From positions 113,212,001-113,276,000 of the forward strand of contig OX597822.1 in assembly GCA_951406725.2 (NCBI GenBank): a stretch of DNA of 64,000 nt. The letters are read 5' to 3'. Every line of letters begins with the position of its first letter. Positions within the stretch are counted from its first letter, which is position 1. The DNA is from Octopus vulgaris. Lineage: Eukaryota. Made by a program: the position numbers and the translations under genes. Positions 40,725 through 52,942 of the stretch are shown piece by piece. Below the pieces are notes generated by a model, which searched no databases, was not told the DNA's origin, and saw nothing but the letters and a program-made list of their open reading frames with translations.

Positions 40725-41372
40725 CGTTTATCTTTTACTTGCTTCAGTCATTGAATTGCGGCCATACTGGGGTACCGCCTCTAGTATTTATTTTTTTAAG
40801 CCTGGTACTTATGCTACCGGTCTCTTATGCCGAACAGCTGGGTTACGGAGATGTAAACAAACCAGTACTGGTTATCCAGCGGTGGGAGGGGGGACAAACA
40901 CAAACACACACGCACACATACACTCTCACACAAGCACAGACATGCGCGCGCGCATACATATACATATAGATGATGAATTCCTTTCAGTTTCTTATTTCTT
41001 TACTACCCACAAGAGGACAACACAGAGAGGACAAATAAGGACAGACAAACAGATTGAGTCGATTATATCGACCCCAGTGCGTAACTGGTACTTATTTATC
41101 GACCCCAAAAGGATGAAAGGCAAAGTCGACCTCGGCGGACTTTGAACTCAGAACGTAGCGGCAGACGAAATACCGCTAAGCATTTTGCCCGGCGTGCTAA
41201 CGTTTCTACCAGTTCCTTTCAGTTTCGGACCACCAAATTCATTCACGAAATTTTAGTCAACCCCAGCCCGCACATCTAGCAAAAGACGCTAGCCCAAGGT
41301 TCCACGCAGTGAGACGGAACTAAAGACCACATGATTGGAAAGCAAGTTTCCCAGCCACACACTGACACCTGC
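40725..41372 (-). mobile_element. Older SINE family A interrupted by a family B SINE (40992-41212)
   Basis: 14-bp TSD ttcctttcagtttc at 40978 and 41213 inside the family A body. Confidence 0.88.
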
Positions 41373-41759
41373 AACTGCTTCTTTAGAATCCGAAAATAAT
41401 TCAAAAACCTAAAGCGAATCGCATTGCAGTTTTGCTTAGTCTTTTCTTTTACTAGTTTCCGTGAGCGGACTATGGCCATGCTGGAGCAACATTTCTTAGG
41501 GTTTTAGCCGATCACAAATGACTCTGGTACTTATTTCTGTCTGGTATTTATTTTATCGAACTCTATTTGTCGGAGCTCTAAGTTACATTATTTCACACAA
41601 GTGTTTATTGTTATCGATATAAAACCTGGTGCTACACACACACTCACACACACACAAACGAAGGGATGCCGCAACCATATAGAGGCAAAAAGCAATTTTG
41701 GGGGCCACAATGTTCAATAAATATGTCTGATGCAGTTGCGACTCACACGTACGTCCTAG

Positions 41760-42099
41760 ACTGTGTTAATATCATAAGCGGAAAGTGCAACCTCTCGAAA
41801 GAGCTGTTCTTCACTCCTGCTCCAGAGCGTCGGCTGCGGGGTCATTCCGAAAAGCTCTACCTGCGACGATTTCATCTCAATCGAAGGAAAGGAGCTTTCT
41901 CCGTCCGGGTTGCGGATCCGTGGAACAAGCTGCCAGACGGGATGGTGAAGATGCCGACGACCGCTTTGTTCAAAGCCTCCCTGGACCTCAAGTGGCCTGA
42001 ACTCTTTACATGAACACCACCCTGTACTAAACTCCATGTCCCCCTACATGGCATTGCTATTTGCTTTTGAGCCAAATTAACTAACTAACTAACTAACTA
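41760..42099 (+). mobile_element. CR1-type LINE 3' end (ORF2 C-terminus, 3' UTR, (TAAC)n tail)
   Basis: LRGHSEKLYLRRFHLNRRKGAFSVRVADPWNKLPDGMV...LFKASLD, typical of CR1-type ORF2 ends. Confidence 0.9.
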
Positions 42100-42282
42100 A
42101 ATATCCAATAATCTACTACAGTTTCTTTTAAAGTGCTCTTCTACACAAGCTACAGCATGCACCCTCCAACCAGGTCTTGTCGAATCATCTTCCTCTCCTC
42201 ATTTCATATTGACTGTTTCACTTTCCAAATTTCGCAAATTTTCTCTTCTACCCAGAGCTGTAACACTTAGTAATTTATATCC

Positions 42283-42695
42283 TGAGCTGGCAGAAACGTT
42301 AGCATGCCGGGCGAAATGCTTAGCCGTATTTCGTCCGTCCTTACGTTTCTGAGTTCAAATTCCGCAAGATCGACTTTGCCTTTCATCCTTTCGGTGTCGA
42401 TTAAATAAGTACCAGTTACGCACTGGGGGTCGATATAATCGACTTAATCCTTTTGTCTGTCCTTGTTTGTCCTCTCTGTGTTTAGCCCCTTATGGGTAGT
42501 AAAGAAATAGGTATTTTGTTTGCCGTTACGTTCTGAGTTCAAATTCCGCCGAAGTCGACTTTGCCTTTCATCCTTTCGGGGTCGATTAAATAAGTACCAG
42601 TTACACACTGGGGTCAAAGTAATCGACTTAATCCGTTTGTCTGTCCTTGTTTGTCCCCTCTGTGTGTAAGCTCCTTGTGGGCAGTAAAGCAATAA
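42283..42695 (+). mobile_element. Dimeric SINE family B
   Basis: Junction gaaataggtatttt at ~42504. Confidence 0.88.
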
Positions 42696-42944
42696 GATTA
42701 ATTTATTTCGGACAGCGACCTTGAAAAGCTCAAACGGAAGAATAAGTTACATTGACCTTACCAAATATGGAGATCATACACATGCCATGCGCACTGCCCT
42801 TCCTCTTCTAACTTGCTTCAAAAAGGTTCATTGAAAATATGTGATGTTGATTAATAATTGGAATGATATTCATCACGAGGGAAAGGAGTGGGTGAATAAT
42901 ATTCTAGATAGATATTAAAATGCGCGACATGCTGGCTAGTTCTG

Positions 42945-43187
42945 CTCTACCTGCGACGATTTCATCTCAATCGAAGGAGAGGAGCTTTCTCCGTCCGGGT
43001 TGCGGATCCGTGGAACAAGCTGCCAGACGAGATGGTGAAGATGCCGACGACCGCTTTGTTCAAAGCCTCCCTTGACCTCAAGTGGCCTGAACTCTTTACA
43101 TGAACACCACCCTGTACTAAACTCCATGTCCCCCTACATGGCCTTGCTATTTGCTTTTGAGCCAAAATTAACTAACTAACTAACTAA
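42945..43187 (+). mobile_element. CR1-type LINE 3' end
   Basis: Near-identical to 41855-42099. Confidence 0.9.
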
Positions 43188-43600
43188 AATATTGAGACGT
43201 TTTAGAAAACGTTTTATTTTCTTCCGTTTTTTCCTTTTTTTTTTTTTCACATCGACGGGAAAAATACGTTATTATATCAGTGATTCTAAGTAATCTACGA
43301 ACTTTAAAAGTACTTTACCAATAGTTAAGATAGTACAGTCAATAGATGGAAGATGTAAATGGAATTTATACTGTTTCTTCTATATTCAAGCTTTCACATC
43401 AGAAGTATCTCCAATTTTTATGTAATTCTCTTTACTTTCAGAGGTGTGGTTTCAATGACGAAGAATCATGCCAAGCTATTGAAGAGTAATTATACGTATT
43501 TTGGTCTTTTAAATTATCAACGATTCTAAAGTGTTTGTTTTTTTCGTTTCTGATGTGACTGTATGTATATGAACGCACGTATGTGTTTGCGTATGTGTCG

Positions 43601-43649
<49 letters not shown>

Positions 43650-43680
43650 AGAAGGAAAGAAAGAAAGAAAGAAATATATA

Positions 43681-43744
<64 letters not shown>

Positions 43745-44659
43745 GAGCGAGTAGATGAGTTATTTATATTTGTATATATTTACATATTTTCATATCAGTA
43801 ATTTTATGAACTTTCTTGATGAAGGAAAAGAAAAAAGCAGGCTTCTCACCTACTTTTTTTATTTTTTAGCTGAAAACGATATGCCAGGATCTAACATTGG
43901 CAACGCTCCATGATAGTCTTTGAACCTGATATCTTGTGTTATTTTGTTTAGACTTTTTTTTTTTAGTTTTTTCCTTCCATTTGTTCCTCCTTGAGTTGCA
44001 TCAATTTCGGTTCGCTTCTTGCGATTTATGAGACGAAGCTACGATAATGACATCTTGAAATAGATATTAGCAACAACAACAGCAACTAAAAGGTCGGGTA
44101 TGGTAAAGCATTCTGATAGCGCTGAAGTAGGGAAAAGGTTAACAGAGCATTGGTTCTGAAGGTAAGGGTGGAGACAATTGGTTGTGTCAAACAACACTAT
44201 TCTCATGCAGAAGAAGAAGAAGAAGAAGAAGAAGAAGAAGAAGAAGAAGAAGAAGAAGAAGAAAATTACATTAAGCTCAACATTGTGAAAGAAGAAATGC
44301 ATTAACATCAAAACCTACTCTCGTTCCAAGAGTTTCATTCATAAAATGAAAGAATCGGCGAAGTGATGACTTTTCAAAATGTTGGTTACATATTTAGACT
44401 TTGTTAAAAAGTAATTGTAAGTTTTCTTATTTTGTTTACCGTAAAACATTATTCCAAATATTATCTATTGATGAAACAGATGTGCGATATCGGGATACAG
44501 ATAAGATAAAGACAAACAATCTTTTTTTTTCTTTTTATGGGACGTAAAATTTCATGGATGGTCAAATTAACAGTTTCTGACCAACATAAATTTAGAGACA
44601 GAAGAGGCGAGAGGGAAAGTGCGAGAAAGAGAGAGGGAGAGAGAGAGAGAGAGAGAGAA

Positions 44660-44784
<125 letters not shown>

Positions 44785-45074
44785 TGTTTCTTTATCAGCC
44801 ACACAGGGCTGCACACAGACGGGACAGATTACAAAGTAGAGCTTTTCTGTTTTTGGGGAGAGAGAAAAAAAAAGTGGGGTAGGTTTTCGATCAAAAGGGA
44901 CTGTAAAAGGGAAAAGAAAAAAAGGAAAGAAAAAAGAAAAAACGATCAATAGGGATCGTGTATCACAGAAATGTCATGATGTAAAGTGTAAAGGGGGAAG
45001 CAGATAAGGTTTATCCGTGAAAAGAAAAGCCTACGGAAAAGACCACGGCAACCTCGGTCAATAATGTTACATGT

Positions 45075-45075
<1 letters not shown>
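44785..45075 (-). mobile_element. Probable LINE 3' UTR inserted in (GATA)n, sharing its 3' end with SINE family B
   Basis: Minus end tgtcccgtctgtgtgcagccctgtgtggctgataaagaaacata resembles the SINE B tail tgtcccctctgtgtttagccccttgtgggcaataaagaaata. Confidence 0.6.
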
Positions 45076-45142
<67 letters not shown>

Positions 45143-46096
45143 AGCGAAAAATATATAAAACATTGACAGAAATTTAAGGCTGCAAATAAGGCAGTGAAAG
45201 TAAAATAAATACAAGTGGTTACTGAAAGCGGGTTCACAAAGAAATAGATCCATATATAAATATAAATTTACATATGATTGCCTACATCGCTATACGTGTG
45301 TGTGTATGTGTATCTTATTATATATGGTAGTGCAGATATATTTTAATTGCCTGCTGTATGCTTCTGTTTTCATAATTCTATGAATTGTATCATGAAAAAA
45401 AGTTTCGTATCTATGTGGGAGTGAAACATGTTTGATCTCAACAGTTTAGAAGTAGTTCTGTGCATATGCGTGCATATGTTTATACATACATGTATGTGTT
45501 TATCTACTGCTGTGTGCGTGTCTTCGAGTGTGTTGAGATGTGTATGTTATATGTATTTATAAGCATGTATGGGAGCTAAGCGACGGCAAGAAAATTATGA
45601 CACCAAAGAAAAGCTTGTTTTGACGACGTGTAGCAGGTGGATATATACATAATTAAATATATGCACTGGTTTTGCTTCGGAAATACATCTTCAAGAACCA
45701 CCCCCACATTCACTCTTAAAAAGCACGTTGTCAGCTACCGTATTTTTATAACATAGATTCATAATTCACTTTTCAGTGACACACAATTTCGCTTTCTCGT
45801 TACGAGATCTCACCACATCGTCTTCCCCTTTTTTTTTCTAATTCTGTTAGATTCACAACTTCTGTGCTTCGCAGCCATAACTTTCTTGAGTCATATTTTC
45901 TATGGTCGGTCAGATACATTTTTTTTTCTTTTCTTTTTCTTAACTACCCACACACTTTTTTCGGTTTTGTTTCTGCCATATCATGCTTTTTAATGCTAAT
46001 GTGCTTTTAAGAAGGTGATGTCATTGCTATTGCTATTTTTGATGCGCTTTTAAATGATGCTACAACTGTTGGCCTTCGTCTATATTCAATTAGCGT

Positions 46097-46327
46097 GGCG
46101 GTGAGCTGGCAGAAGCGTTAACACGTCGGGCGAAATGCGTCGCCGTATTTCGTCTGCCGTTACGTTCTGAGTTCAAATTCCGCCGAGGTCGACTTTGCCT
46201 TTCATCCTTTCGGGGTCGATAAATTAAGTACCAGTTACGCACTGGGGTCGATGTAATCGACTTAATCCGTTTGTCTGTCCTTGTTTGTCCCCTCTGTGTT
46301 TAGCCCCTTGTGGGTAGTAAAGAAATA
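46097..46327 (+). mobile_element. Full-length young SINE family B, 16-bp TSD
   Basis: TSD tatattcaattagcgt at 46081 and 46328. Confidence 0.95.
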
Positions 46328-46536
46328 TATATTCAATTAGCGTTTTAGTTCAAATACAGAATTCTTTGAAGTGGATTGGAACAGACGAATGTAAACACCT
46401 TGCCTTTATATACAATTTCTTCGTGGGTAGAAGAAGAGGGCACAGCCGAACTAGTTTCAATCCTGTGTAGAGATTTGATCGAAGATTCCTTATGGGGACA
46501 TTGCTTTTTGCTTACATAACGCAATCTTAGCATATA

Positions 46537-46768
46537 TATTTCTTTACTACCCACAAAGGGCTAAACACAGAAGGGACAAACAAGGACAGACAAAGGTACT
46601 AAGTCGATTACATCGACCCCAGTGCATAACTGGTACTTAATTTATCGACCCTGAAAGGATGAAAGGCAAAGTCGACCTCAGCGAAATTTGAACTCGGAAT
46701 ATAACGACAGACGAAATACGGCTACGCATTTCGCCCGGCGTGCTAACGTTCCTGCCAGATCGCCGCCT
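46537..46768 (-). mobile_element. Full-length SINE family B, >=20-bp TSD
   Basis: TSD cttacataacgcaatcttag at 46511 and 46767. Confidence 0.95.
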
Positions 46769-47313
46769 TACATAACGCAATCTTAGTATATAAGCTAGTT
46801 GATAAAGATAAGTTGTTTACGTTACTCTGAACTTACAGAATTGGTTCAAATACCATTGATATATTCTGCATAACGGTATTCCACTGAAAAAAAATTCTTT
46901 GTTAACGCGTTATTTACTCAAAGGATCCTTCGGAAGAACGTCATTTCAGTCGCTTGTATTCGCTATCGTACTTTTTCGGTTATTACTCAGTATTCATAAC
47001 TATAGGTGAAGATGGGCACGGAAACCAAATTAAAGATAACGAGTTTGGCTTTCTTACCAACTTCTCCAGGGCTCAAATCAGGCTCTGATTTTGAACACAT
47101 GCTAGCGATACATATGTCACAGAATACTTTATAATTAAAAGAAAATCATTAAAATTGAAAAGGGGTATTGCTGTGGAGTGTCAGTTTGATATCTTATCAC
47201 AGTAACGATTTATACTATTTTTATAAATATTTTGCATGATAATACGTACAATAATATACATATCTATGTATCATACTTTACGTATATAGACTGTGGATAG
47301 GAAAGACACTGCG

Positions 47314-47375
<62 letters not shown>

Positions 47376-47904
47376 TGTATATATACGTATGCATATATGC
47401 ATATATATATTATTTATATTATTATATGATTGAACGTCATGCATCCATTTCCAAGTAAGATTGATCTTAATAATTCTGATGCGAAACTTTCTATTCTATT
47501 CTATCCCATTATTCTATTATTCTATTACTCTATTATTTTAGCACTCTTTCGTTTTCTCTCTTCTTCTCTCTAATTATTTTTATCTCCCCTTCTTCCCCTC
47601 TCGTTTTTTTCTGTCTTATCCTTTCTCTAATTTTTTCTCTTCCCTTCGCCGTTCTCTGTCTGTCACTTTCTCTCCCTCACTCTTCCTCCTTTGCTCTCTC
47701 GTGGCTCCTACGTGACCATCGGCCATCTTTCCTTCTTTCCCTAACTTGTGTTTCTTTCTTTCCTCCTTATACAGCTGAACGAATCAGACGTATTCTTGTC
47801 TGTCTCCTGTCGAAGCTTGCTTCTTCACGTTCTCTACCTCACTTCGTTTAGGCTTAGCAGCCCTTCCTATTTATTTTCACTGTCATGTTTTTGTTACCAA
47901 TTTT

Positions 47905-48032
47905 GACCTTCCGCAAAATCCCAAATTTTATTTAATTTGCTTTGCGGGAGCAACTGTTTTATCGAAGGCATAACTTGTCATGAAATGCTCGAAATACTGA
48001 TAAGAAAAACAGCCGACAACTGATGAGGGGTC
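47905..48032 (+). ncRNA. Candidate permuted/pseudoknotted hammerhead-like RNA (family P-B)
   Basis: GACCUU-[CCGCAAA..UUUGCGG]-GAGCA-a-CUGUUUU-aucgaa-GGCAU-A-ac-UUGUC-augaaa-UGCUC-GAA-AUACU-gauaaga-AAAACAG-cc-GACAA-CUGAUGA-GGGGUC; lies in a pyrimidine-rich element ~47560-48170 next to (TA)n. Confidence 0.55.
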
Positions 48033-48289
48033 GTTCTTTATGTTGCGTATCTTGTTTTCCATTTGTTTCCTTCGTTGTTCGCAAAATAAGTCCATGTTCC
48101 ATGCATTCGTATTTCGTATTCCATATTTTCGTATTTTTTGTTGTTTACATTCTGTGAGGTCTTGTGTCCACATATGCATATGCATATATGTAACTATGTA
48201 CATATACGCTTGTATATATGCATATGTATATTATTTATATTATATATATGTGTATGTATCTATCTCTATATATGTATGTGTGTATGTTT

Positions 48290-48514
48290 ATGTATGTATG
48301 CATGTGAATGTGTGAGTGTTTGTACCCCCACCATCGCTTGACAACCGATGTTGTTGTGTTTACAATTCCGTAGCTTAACCGTCTGGCAAAACAAACAGAT
48401 AGAATAAGTAGTAGGCTTGCAAAAAATAAACTCTGGGGTAGATTTCTTCGACCAAAGGCAGTGCTCCAGCATGGCCGCAGTCACATGACCGAAACAAGTA
48501 AAACAATAAAAGAA
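48290..48514 (+). mobile_element. 3' half of SINE family A
   Basis: ccatcgcttgacaaccgatg...gtgctccagcatggccgcagtc...aaacaagtaaa. Confidence 0.85.
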
Positions 48515-48515
48515 A

Positions 48516-48553
48516 ACTATGCTGTTTTAATCCCGAGCAACGCCGGGTATCTT

Positions 48554-48560
<7 letters not shown>
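48516..48560 (+). mobile_element. Isolated Helitron 3' terminus
   Basis: cccgagcaacgccggg hairpin identical to the one at 14420, followed by a degenerate CTAG. Confidence 0.55.
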
Positions 48561-48597
<37 letters not shown>

Positions 48598-48644
48598 ATT
48601 GCGTAAATTTATATAATTTTGTTTCAATTTGTATATTGACCTCT

Positions 48645-49250
48645 AGTATGGTTTTCGTAAAGCCAGATCCACTGGGGACCTACTCCCCTGTTATATACCA
48701 GTGAGTTTTGCCATAAAAGTATTCAGTGAAAGTATAATTTTGTTACCTTCGATATCAACTGTATCTGGCATGCGTATCCCTCATCGAAACTTTCTGTCTA
48801 TGGACTCCATCTGTCTCTCATCTCATGAATAGCTACCTTCTAGTATGACTGCTATATTGGCGGAGCTTTTTCAGTTCTATGATCCATTCTATGCTCCATG
48901 GTTCGATTTTGTCCTCCATCTTTCGTCTTTCTATACATCAACGACTTACTTCACGCCACATCGAACAACACCGACACGCTCGAAGCACTGCCTTTCATTC
49001 CTCACTAACATTCTGTAACCATACATCAGCTATTCGCTGCTAAGATGCTAAACACACACAGGTCTCCTGAACTGAGACCTCGAAAGTATCCTTCAATCTT
49101 CATATGTATGTCTTGACTCTTTCAACAGCAAGAGAAAACAAACGCTACCATATTTAGAAAACATCATCGAACGATGAACAGCATTCGACTAGTGCTTTCA
49201 GATTCGCCCTAATTGACATCACCAACGTTTCCTCTTGGTGAAAGCACATC
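48645..49250 (+). mobile_element. Decayed CR1/Jockey-group LINE RT fragment
   Basis: YGFRKARSTGDLL; KLSVYGL; HGSILS; FLYINDLLHATSN. Confidence 0.7.
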
Positions 49251-49373
49251 TTTAACCCTTTAGCATTTCAACTAGCCATTTCTATCCCAAATATTCTAGC
49301 AGTTTTATGTTCAAACCAGCCAAACCCGGTCTCACACACCTACCAAATAATGTTACTATTAAAATAATATTAA

Positions 49374-49735
49374 CAGGAGTGTCTGTGTGGTAAGAAGCTT
49401 GGTTCCCGACCATATGGTTCCGGGTCCAGCCCCACTGCGTGGCACCTTAGGCAAGTGTCTTCTACTAAAGCCTCGGTCCGACCAAATCCTTGTGAGTGGA
49501 TTTGATAGACGGAAACTGAAAGAAGCCCGTCGTGTGTGTGTGTGTTCTCCCCCATCATCGCTTGACAACCGATGCTGGTGTGTTTACGTCCGCATGACTT
49601 AACGGTTCGGCACAAGAGACCGATAGAATAAGTACTAGACTTACAAAGAATAAGTCTTGGGAGCGATTTGTTCGACTAAAGGCGGTGCTCCAGCATGGCC
49701 GCAATCAAATGGCTGAAACAAGTAAAAGAATAACA
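49374..49735 (+). mobile_element. SINE family A
   Basis: Near full-length family A copy. Confidence 0.9.
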
Positions 49736-51707
49736 GAAAAGAACAAAGTCCCAAAGCTAAGATTTAATACATGATTAAATAAAACATAAGCATTACATTT
49801 GACGAAGTAATCTGACTGCAAAAGGGCTGACGTTGCTAGGATTACATCCCAGCGACTGGTCTTTCCCTTTAGAGCCAGAAGATATGTCAGCTTCCAACAA
49901 TTGTTAATTCTCTACAAAGCTTAATTGAGTATTGTTCTTTGACTTAAGACGATACTGCTGCTGCACACCCGGGAATCTTAGACCACATCTAGAAAAGAAC
50001 CACCCAATTATTGGTATATAGCCATTCATAAACACGTTCCAGTCTTTGGTCAAAAGGTATGCCGTTTCTTCTCAGTGACCTCTCCTCTCTGTCATAGCAC
50101 ATGGCTTCTTCTCAAAACCAGCAATTAGTAACAAGAACTCAATCATACTGATTAACACTTGTTTGGGATTGTACTTAGAATGTCTCTTGTGCATCGCCTT
50201 CTGTAGACTTTCTTCGAGTAAGATGAAAGTCATGGTACACACCGTGTTAATTATGGGATATGCGTGGGATTGCTGCATCATTACGTCTTTGAAAATTAAT
50301 AATAGTTGGATGCACTGCACCTCTTTGGTGTTACAATAAAAGATTGAATAAAGACTATTAAAAAATTGATATACTGTATAAAAGTATCTTTTTGTGGAGT
50401 AGGTAAAAGGATAACACAGTACAGTATAAGGAAAGGACTTGTAACCTCCAGAACATGGTATAAGCTGTATGGAGCCAGAAGACTGTGGACAGGTGTTACA
50501 TACAATTCTAACACACGGGAGTTGCCAGAACTTCGTAGTTTTTTATGTTTAGCCCCATATTAGCCCTGGACAAGCAGACTTATCAGCTGAATGAAAGACG
50601 TTCCATCCATGACCATCCCGTTTCTTTTCTTTCACCATGCCCAATGATAACCCTGAATTATATCTCCTACATTTTGTTTGCCTCAGTTGCTACAGAAATA
50701 TTATGAAACTGCTATACTCTATAGATTTTAATTTGGTGCTGATGCATCTTTCTTCATTTCACTGAGTCAACAGCCAAACAGTAATTATACATTTCTTAAA
50801 GTCCATCAGAAAAGGAATATCTTATCTTTCACTTAATATCATGATATAGAAGTACTTTCATTTGCTTACTCGTGTCCACGTAATTTCAGCTTACTTACCA
50901 GCAAAACACGAACAGAACATTTCACAAACAGGGACTCTTTAAGATTACAGTGCTGACCTGGCGAGATGAAGAACGGTGGTTTACTGTTTTGTAAAATAAT
51001 CCCATCACAATCTCTCCCATTTTATGTAAAGTACATAGTATCGAGAGTCAAGTGGAATTTAGGTGACATATTTCACATGTTGGTCATAAATTGAAATATT
51101 TCCGCAAAAGAACGAAACTTCATTGTTTCAGAAACTGGGATCATTTTGAAATGGAGTCTTAAAAACACGTCTACAGTTAGTAAAAGTAGGTTAAATGATG
51201 AACGAAACAACAATACTAAATAATAAGTTTTGAATTTAGGAGGTTAGTTGGCAAAAGTAGATACTTCAATTGAAATTATTTTCTCACAATGGTTCTTGTA
51301 TCGTTATTTAAAATTTTCGTTAAGATACATATATATAAAAAAATACTAAAATTAATGATGCAAAAAATAATAATAACGAAGGGAAATGGAGAAAAGGGGA
51401 AAAATTATAAAAAGGCAACAACTTTAAAATAACGAACGTAATCTAAAAATAAGGGTAATTCAAATGACATACATTGGTGAGGTTTGTTTAATTTAATTTA
51501 CTGTTTTCAATTGGTGAGATTTAATGCGAGGGAGCTTTGAAAAGGAGTCTATTACAAAAATCATGACTCACAAACAGACACACATAAACACACATACGTA
51601 GTTACGTGTATGAATGCATATATGTATGCGTATATATATATATATAAAATACAAACTGGGACAAGAACGCAAAACATTTTGATGACGACACAAAAAACAC
51701 GGACAGG

Positions 51708-51852
51708 ACATTCGAAGCCTTCAATCTTCAGTCAAGAACCGGATCATCCTCGCAATTTCGGCTGATTAATCTTGAGATCGCTCCGATCCGGCCAGCCCCA
51801 AGGAAAAACTAAGCTACGAGCATTAGATTCCTTGGAAGAAAGCTTCGAATGT
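51708..51852 (-). ncRNA. Candidate permuted/pseudoknotted hammerhead ribozyme (family P-A)
   Basis: Minus: ACAUUCGAAGC-uuucuu-[CCAAGGAA..UUCCUUGG]-GGCUG-GCCGGAUC-gga-GCGAU-C-UCAAGA-uuaau-CAGCC-GAA-AUUGC-gaggau-GAUCCGGU-UCUUGA-CUGAAGA-uugaag-GCUUCGAAUGU; all six helices are complementary; host element ~51645-51980 between (TA)n. Confidence 0.7.
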
Positions 51853-51989
51853 ATACAAAACAAGGACAGAAAAACGGACCATGTTACACGAATACGAATA
51901 CAAAAATACGTAAAAACAATAATAATAATACGTAAAAACAATGATAATAATATTAATAACAATAACAGGATATCACGATATATATATAT

Positions 51990-52106
51990 GTTGAAGAGCG
52001 TAGTCTCGAAATGTAAAAGACTTTTTCTATTCCTGAGCGTTATACTAATACATCTGTTTGTTTTGTACACCACCTGTCTCCGTCTTTTGTTTTTTTCGTA
52101 AATTCT

Positions 52107-52110
<4 letters not shown>
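51990..52110 (+). mobile_element. Truncated copy of the hammerhead-bearing element seen at 62400-62695
   Basis: gttgaagagcgtagtctcgaaatgtaaaagac...cctgagcgttatactaataca...; bounded by (TA)n. Confidence 0.7.
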
Positions 52111-52174
<64 letters not shown>

Positions 52175-52619
52175 CAAATAACTCTATCAGTTGGGTTTTT
52201 TTTTCTTTTGATGGGTTTTGACATGTTCATCTATGTATCAGCAACTCTGACACTGATTTGAGAATATTATATTCCGTTATTTTCTCACTTAGGGTCTTTA
52301 AAGAGACACCAACAGTTCAGAGCTGAAACATTTTCAAAACCTCTGGGAAAAGGCGACTGTCACAGTTTTTGCTAAGTTGTGAATGTGAAATTACTTAAAG
52401 AGATCGCGAATGGTTGTGAAACATGCCTTTAGAGCAACTTTGATGATTGTCAATGAGTCGGAAGTTAAAGGTACACGATTACTTTCATGACATATATATA
52501 TATATATATACAAATGCTATTATTCTGTCTGGGCAGATTCGATATATGCTGCTTAGGCTCTATATGGAATGCACATAAAGATTATATATATATATGTGTG
52601 TGTGTGTGTATGCATGCGC

Positions 52620-52800
52620 ACGCGTGTCTTTTCTTTGCTTGTGTCTCACCACTGCTTGACAACCAGTGTTAAGTGATGGTGTGTTTACATCCTTGCAACT
52701 TAGCGATTCGGCTAAGTTACAGGAACAAACCAATAATGGATGTCAAGCGAAGAGGGGAAATAAATCTCAGACACAAACACACACACACTCGCGCGCACAC

Positions 52801-52868
<68 letters not shown>

Positions 52869-52896
52869 GCTTTATTAATAAAGCTGCAAAGACATC

Positions 52897-52942
<46 letters not shown>

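Noticed and set aside
51745-51760. GAAAUUGCGAGGA resembling the group I intron P element
   Set aside because: No Q, R or S elements found; the hammerhead-type pairing explains it better
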